DNA of 64,000 nucleotides from Clostridia bacterium (GTDB lineage Bacteria; Bacillota; Clostridia; Christensenellales; Aristaeellaceae): the NCBI GenBank assembly GCA_017516765.1, contig JAFXBE010000045.1, forward strand, positions 25,102 through 89,101. The letters run 5' to 3'. The notes under the pieces are model-generated. The model made no database searches and was not told where the DNA came from. It saw nothing but the letters and a program-made list of their open reading frames with translations. The translations under genes and the position numbers were made by a program. Positions 62,202 through 64,000 of the stretch are shown here, in pieces. Each line of letters begins with the position of its first letter. Positions within the stretch are counted from its first letter, which is position 1.

Positions 62202-63214
62202 TATACATGCACCTCCTCAACAGTCATACCTGCATCACGCAGGTATTCCATTACACGCTTCACATCGGTGGGATCCTCGGGGCGGGCGATCATCATCTGC
62301 CCGAAAGATTTGCCGTTCAGCTGACGCACGTCGGCAGAGAGGATGTTTACCTCCATGCCCAGATCCTTCACCAGCTTGCTGATGATGGGCTGGCCTGCGG
62401 TGCTGCCGTCAAATACGATACGGATGGCAGGCTGGGGCGGTACTTCCTCCTGGTCGGGCAGGATGCCGAACAGCCTGCGCCCGGCAGCAGATTTGGTGTG
62501 CATGAATACATCATCCACACTGCCTTCCTCTGCCAGCTTGCCGCCGTCCAGAATGGCCACCTTGTTGCAGATCTGACGGATAACTGCCATTTCGTGGGTG
62601 ATCAGCACCACGGTGATGCCCATTTCCTGATTGATCTTCTGCAGCAGCGCCAGAATGCTCTGGGTGGTCATGGGGTCGAGGGCGCTGGTGGCTTCGTCGC
62701 AAAGCAGCATTTCCGGGTCGCCTGCCAGCGCACGGGCAATGGCAACGCGCTGCTTCTGTCCGCCGCTCAGCTGGGCAGGGTAAGCCTTGGCCTTTTCCTC
62801 CAGACCTACGATGCGCAGAAGCTCCATCACACGGGCATCGGCTTCCTTCTTGGGCACACCGGCGATCTCCAGCGGATAGCGTACGTTCCGGGCAACGGTC
62901 TTCTGCATCTGCAGGTTGAACTGCTGAAAGATCATTGCCATGCGGCGACGGGTCTGCAGCAGATCCTTCTTGCTCATGGCCAGCACGTTCTGCCCGTCGA
63001 TCAGCACCTGCCCGTCGGTGGGGGTATCCAGCCGGTTCAGGCAGCGGATCAGGGTGCTCTTACCTGCGCCGCTCATGCCGATGATGCCGTAAATATCGCC
63101 CTTTTCGATGGTCAGGTTGATGTTCTGCAGCGCATGTACCTCGCCGCCGGGAATCTGGTATACCTTGCACAGACCCTTGATCTGGATCTGGGGGCAGGTG
63201 TTTTCCGTACTCAC
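62201..63214 (-). CDS. metN: methionine ABC transporter ATP-binding protein with C-terminal NIL domain (337 aa)
   Basis: Walker A GMSGAGKST, signature LSGGQKQR, Walker B LLCDEATSALD. GTG 63214 was chosen (AGAAAGGTG upstream). The track ORF start at 63328 would read through the leader terminator. Confidence 0.88.
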   Translation of the reverse strand: MSTENTCPQIQIKGLCKVYQIPGGEVHALQNINLTIEKGDIYGIIGMSGAGKSTLIRCLNRLDTPTDGQVLIDGQNVLAMSKKDLLQTRRRMAMIFQQFNLQMQKTVARNVRYPLEIAGVPKKEADARVMELLRIVGLEEKAKAYPAQLSGGQKQRVAIARALAGDPEMLLCDEATSALDPMTTQSILALLQKINQEMGITVVLITHEMAVIRQICNKVAILDGGKLAEEGSVDDVFMHTKSAAGRRLFGILPDQEEVPPQPAIRIVFDGSTAGQPIISKLVKDLGMEVNILSADVRQLNGKSFGQMMIARPEDPTDVKRVMEYLRDAGMTVEEVHV

Positions 63215-63235
63215 CGTTACCACACCTTTCTGTCG

Positions 63236-63277
63236 GTAAAAATGAAAAGCCCGCTTCGCGTATTTGCAAAGCGGGCT
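63236..63277 (-). terminator. intrinsic terminator inside the metNIQ leader (attenuator/riboswitch expression platform)
   Basis: Minus strand reads AGCCCGCTTTGC-aaatac-GCGAAGCGGGCT, a 12-bp stem followed by TTTTCATTTTT. It lies about 20 nt before the metN SD. Confidence 0.8.
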
Positions 63278-63415
63278 CAAATGCTTTCGTTCATCAAGCG
63301 GCGCAACACAAATAACGCGAGTCTTCACACGCGCACATCATGTACATCCGCATGGCACATCGGTTCGTCACGGAAGACTCCTCCCTTCATGGTGGGTTGC
63401 ACCTTATTTGCCATG

Positions 63416-63444
63416 ATCATATCACGGCTTGGGAGGGTTGTCAA
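63416..63444 (-). promoter_or_regulatory. consensus-like sigma-70 promoter for metNIQ
   Basis: Minus strand reads TTGACA (63439..63444), a 17-nt spacer ending GTGA (TGn), then TATGAT (63416..63421). Confidence 0.7.
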
Positions 63445-63500
63445 CAGGCAAATGCTCCGCCGGGGGAACCGGGATTAACCAAACGGCTGTACATACGGCA

Positions 63501-64000
63501 TCAGCCGTGCAGGTAACGCTCCTGCTCCTCGGTAAGCGTATCGATCTCGACGCCCAGCGCAGTCAGCTTGCGCAGCGCAACATCCTGATCGATGTCCCTG
63601 GGCACGGAATACAGGTCGGGCTTCAGCTCCTTGCCGGTCTGCGCCATTCGGCAGGCGCAGAGAGCCTGTAGCGCAAAGCTCATATCCATGATCTCCACCG
63701 GGTGTCCGTCGCCTGCCGCCAGATTGACCAGACGGCCTTCTGCCAGCAGATAAACAGTCTTGCCGTTGGGCAGCCTGAAGCCCTCGATGTTGTGGCGGAT
63801 CTCGCCGCTTTCCACCGCCAGCTTGCGCAGCCCGGCAACATCCACCTCCACATCGAAGTGACCGGCGTTGCACATGATGGCGCCTTCCTTCATGGTGAGC
63901 ATATGCTCGGGGGTTACGATGTCCTTGCAGCCGGTAACGGTAATAAACAGGTCGCCAAGAGGGGCAGCCTTGGCCATGGGCATTACGCTGAAGCCATCCA
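63501..64000 (-). CDS. ahcY: adenosylhomocysteinase, C-terminal part (gene continues beyond the window)
   Basis: NAGHFDVEVD, LLAEGRLVNLAAGDGHPVEIMDMSFA and the C-terminus LTEEQERYLHG are typical of SAH hydrolase. Confidence 0.9.
   Translation of the reverse strand, partial: DGFSVMPMAKAAPLGDLFITVTGCKDIVTPEHMLTMKEGAIMCNAGHFDVEVDVAGLRKLAVESGEIRHNIEGFRLPNGKTVYLLAEGRLVNLAAGDGHPVEIMDMSFALQALCACRMAQTGKELKPDLYSVPRDIDQDVALRKLTALGVEIDTLTEEQERYLHG

Noticed and set aside
62201-63328. A longer metN reading frame starting at 63328 (MKTRVICVAPLDERKH...).
   Set aside because: The extra 38 codons run through the 12-bp leader terminator and its U-tract and have no SD. GTG 63214 follows AGAAAGGTG and gives a normal ABC ATPase N-terminus.
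63215-63415. Tried to classify the metNIQ leader as a SAM-I (S-box) riboswitch or a Met T-box.
   Set aside because: I found neither the ordered S-box core elements nor the T-box GGGTGGTACCGCG-like sequence by eye. It is reported only as an unclassified terminator-containing leader, and an Infernal scan is needed.
1-64000. A search by eye for CRISPR arrays, tandem or interspersed repeats, IS elements, rRNA, restriction-modification, toxin-antitoxin or other recognisable defence genes.
   Set aside because: None were found. The only repeated sequences noticed are gene paralogs (ABC pairs, ECF modules, lepB) and the shared SBP signal peptide. A computational repeat search (e.g. a self dot-plot) would be needed to exclude short dispersed repeats.

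Overview
The window looks like a chromosomal segment of a high-GC, strongly codon-biased Clostridia genome, possibly Oscillospiraceae/Faecalibacterium-like; that placement is inference only, with no search run. It is gene-dense (about 60 CDS) and mostly metabolic or housekeeping.

Content in order:
- Three minus-strand tRNAs (Gly-GCC, Leu-TAG, Lys-TTT), then LysM, DUF3877 and cysK genes.
- An APH-like kinase and heterodimeric ABC exporter pair no. 1.
- A uxuA / mannitol-DH-family / GntR / PHP operon with a textbook GntR palindromic operator.
- GH1, an FMN-dependent dehydrogenase and a sugar-phosphate isomerase.
- A tandem-OB SSB-like protein, a polysaccharide deacetylase, a 2-hydroxyacid dehydrogenase and an FAD/Rieske oxidoreductase.
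- ABC exporter pair no. 2, apparently co-transcribed with GH8 and GH2. These are followed by a 4Fe-4S protein, GH67, an MBL hydrolase and GH39. All the hydrolases lack signal peptides, so this is a cytoplasmic glucuronoxylo-oligosaccharide toolkit.
- Two tandem ECF sigma/anti-sigma modules in a lower-GC patch, then an ABC exporter + SDR operon.
- A 9-kb Opp-like (SBP family 5) importer operon.
- DUF951, two signal peptidase I genes, yccF, an XRE + small-membrane-protein cassette and icd.
- A GlpA-like / FAD oxidoreductase / DUF1667 trio and a degenerate VanY-like protein.
- metQIN with a terminator-containing leader, and the 3' part of ahcY.

I saw no rRNA, CRISPR array, integrase, transposase or recognisable defence system.

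The most unusual material:
- (a) In the Opp-like operon every subunit carries a non-canonical extension. These are a roughly 235-aa helical insert in one ATPase, a two-TM tail on the other ATPase, a roughly 275-aa loop in a permease, and a divergent ApbE-like membrane protein. The operon also has a roughly 285-nt hairpin-rich leader.
- (b) The duplicated ECF sigma/anti-sigma modules have unrelated sensor domains.
- (c) Exporter-fold ABC genes are fused transcriptionally to cytoplasmic glycosidases.
- (d) The metNIQ leader matches neither the S-box nor the T-box consensus by eye.

All functional calls rest on motifs read from the translated ORFs. No database search was possible.
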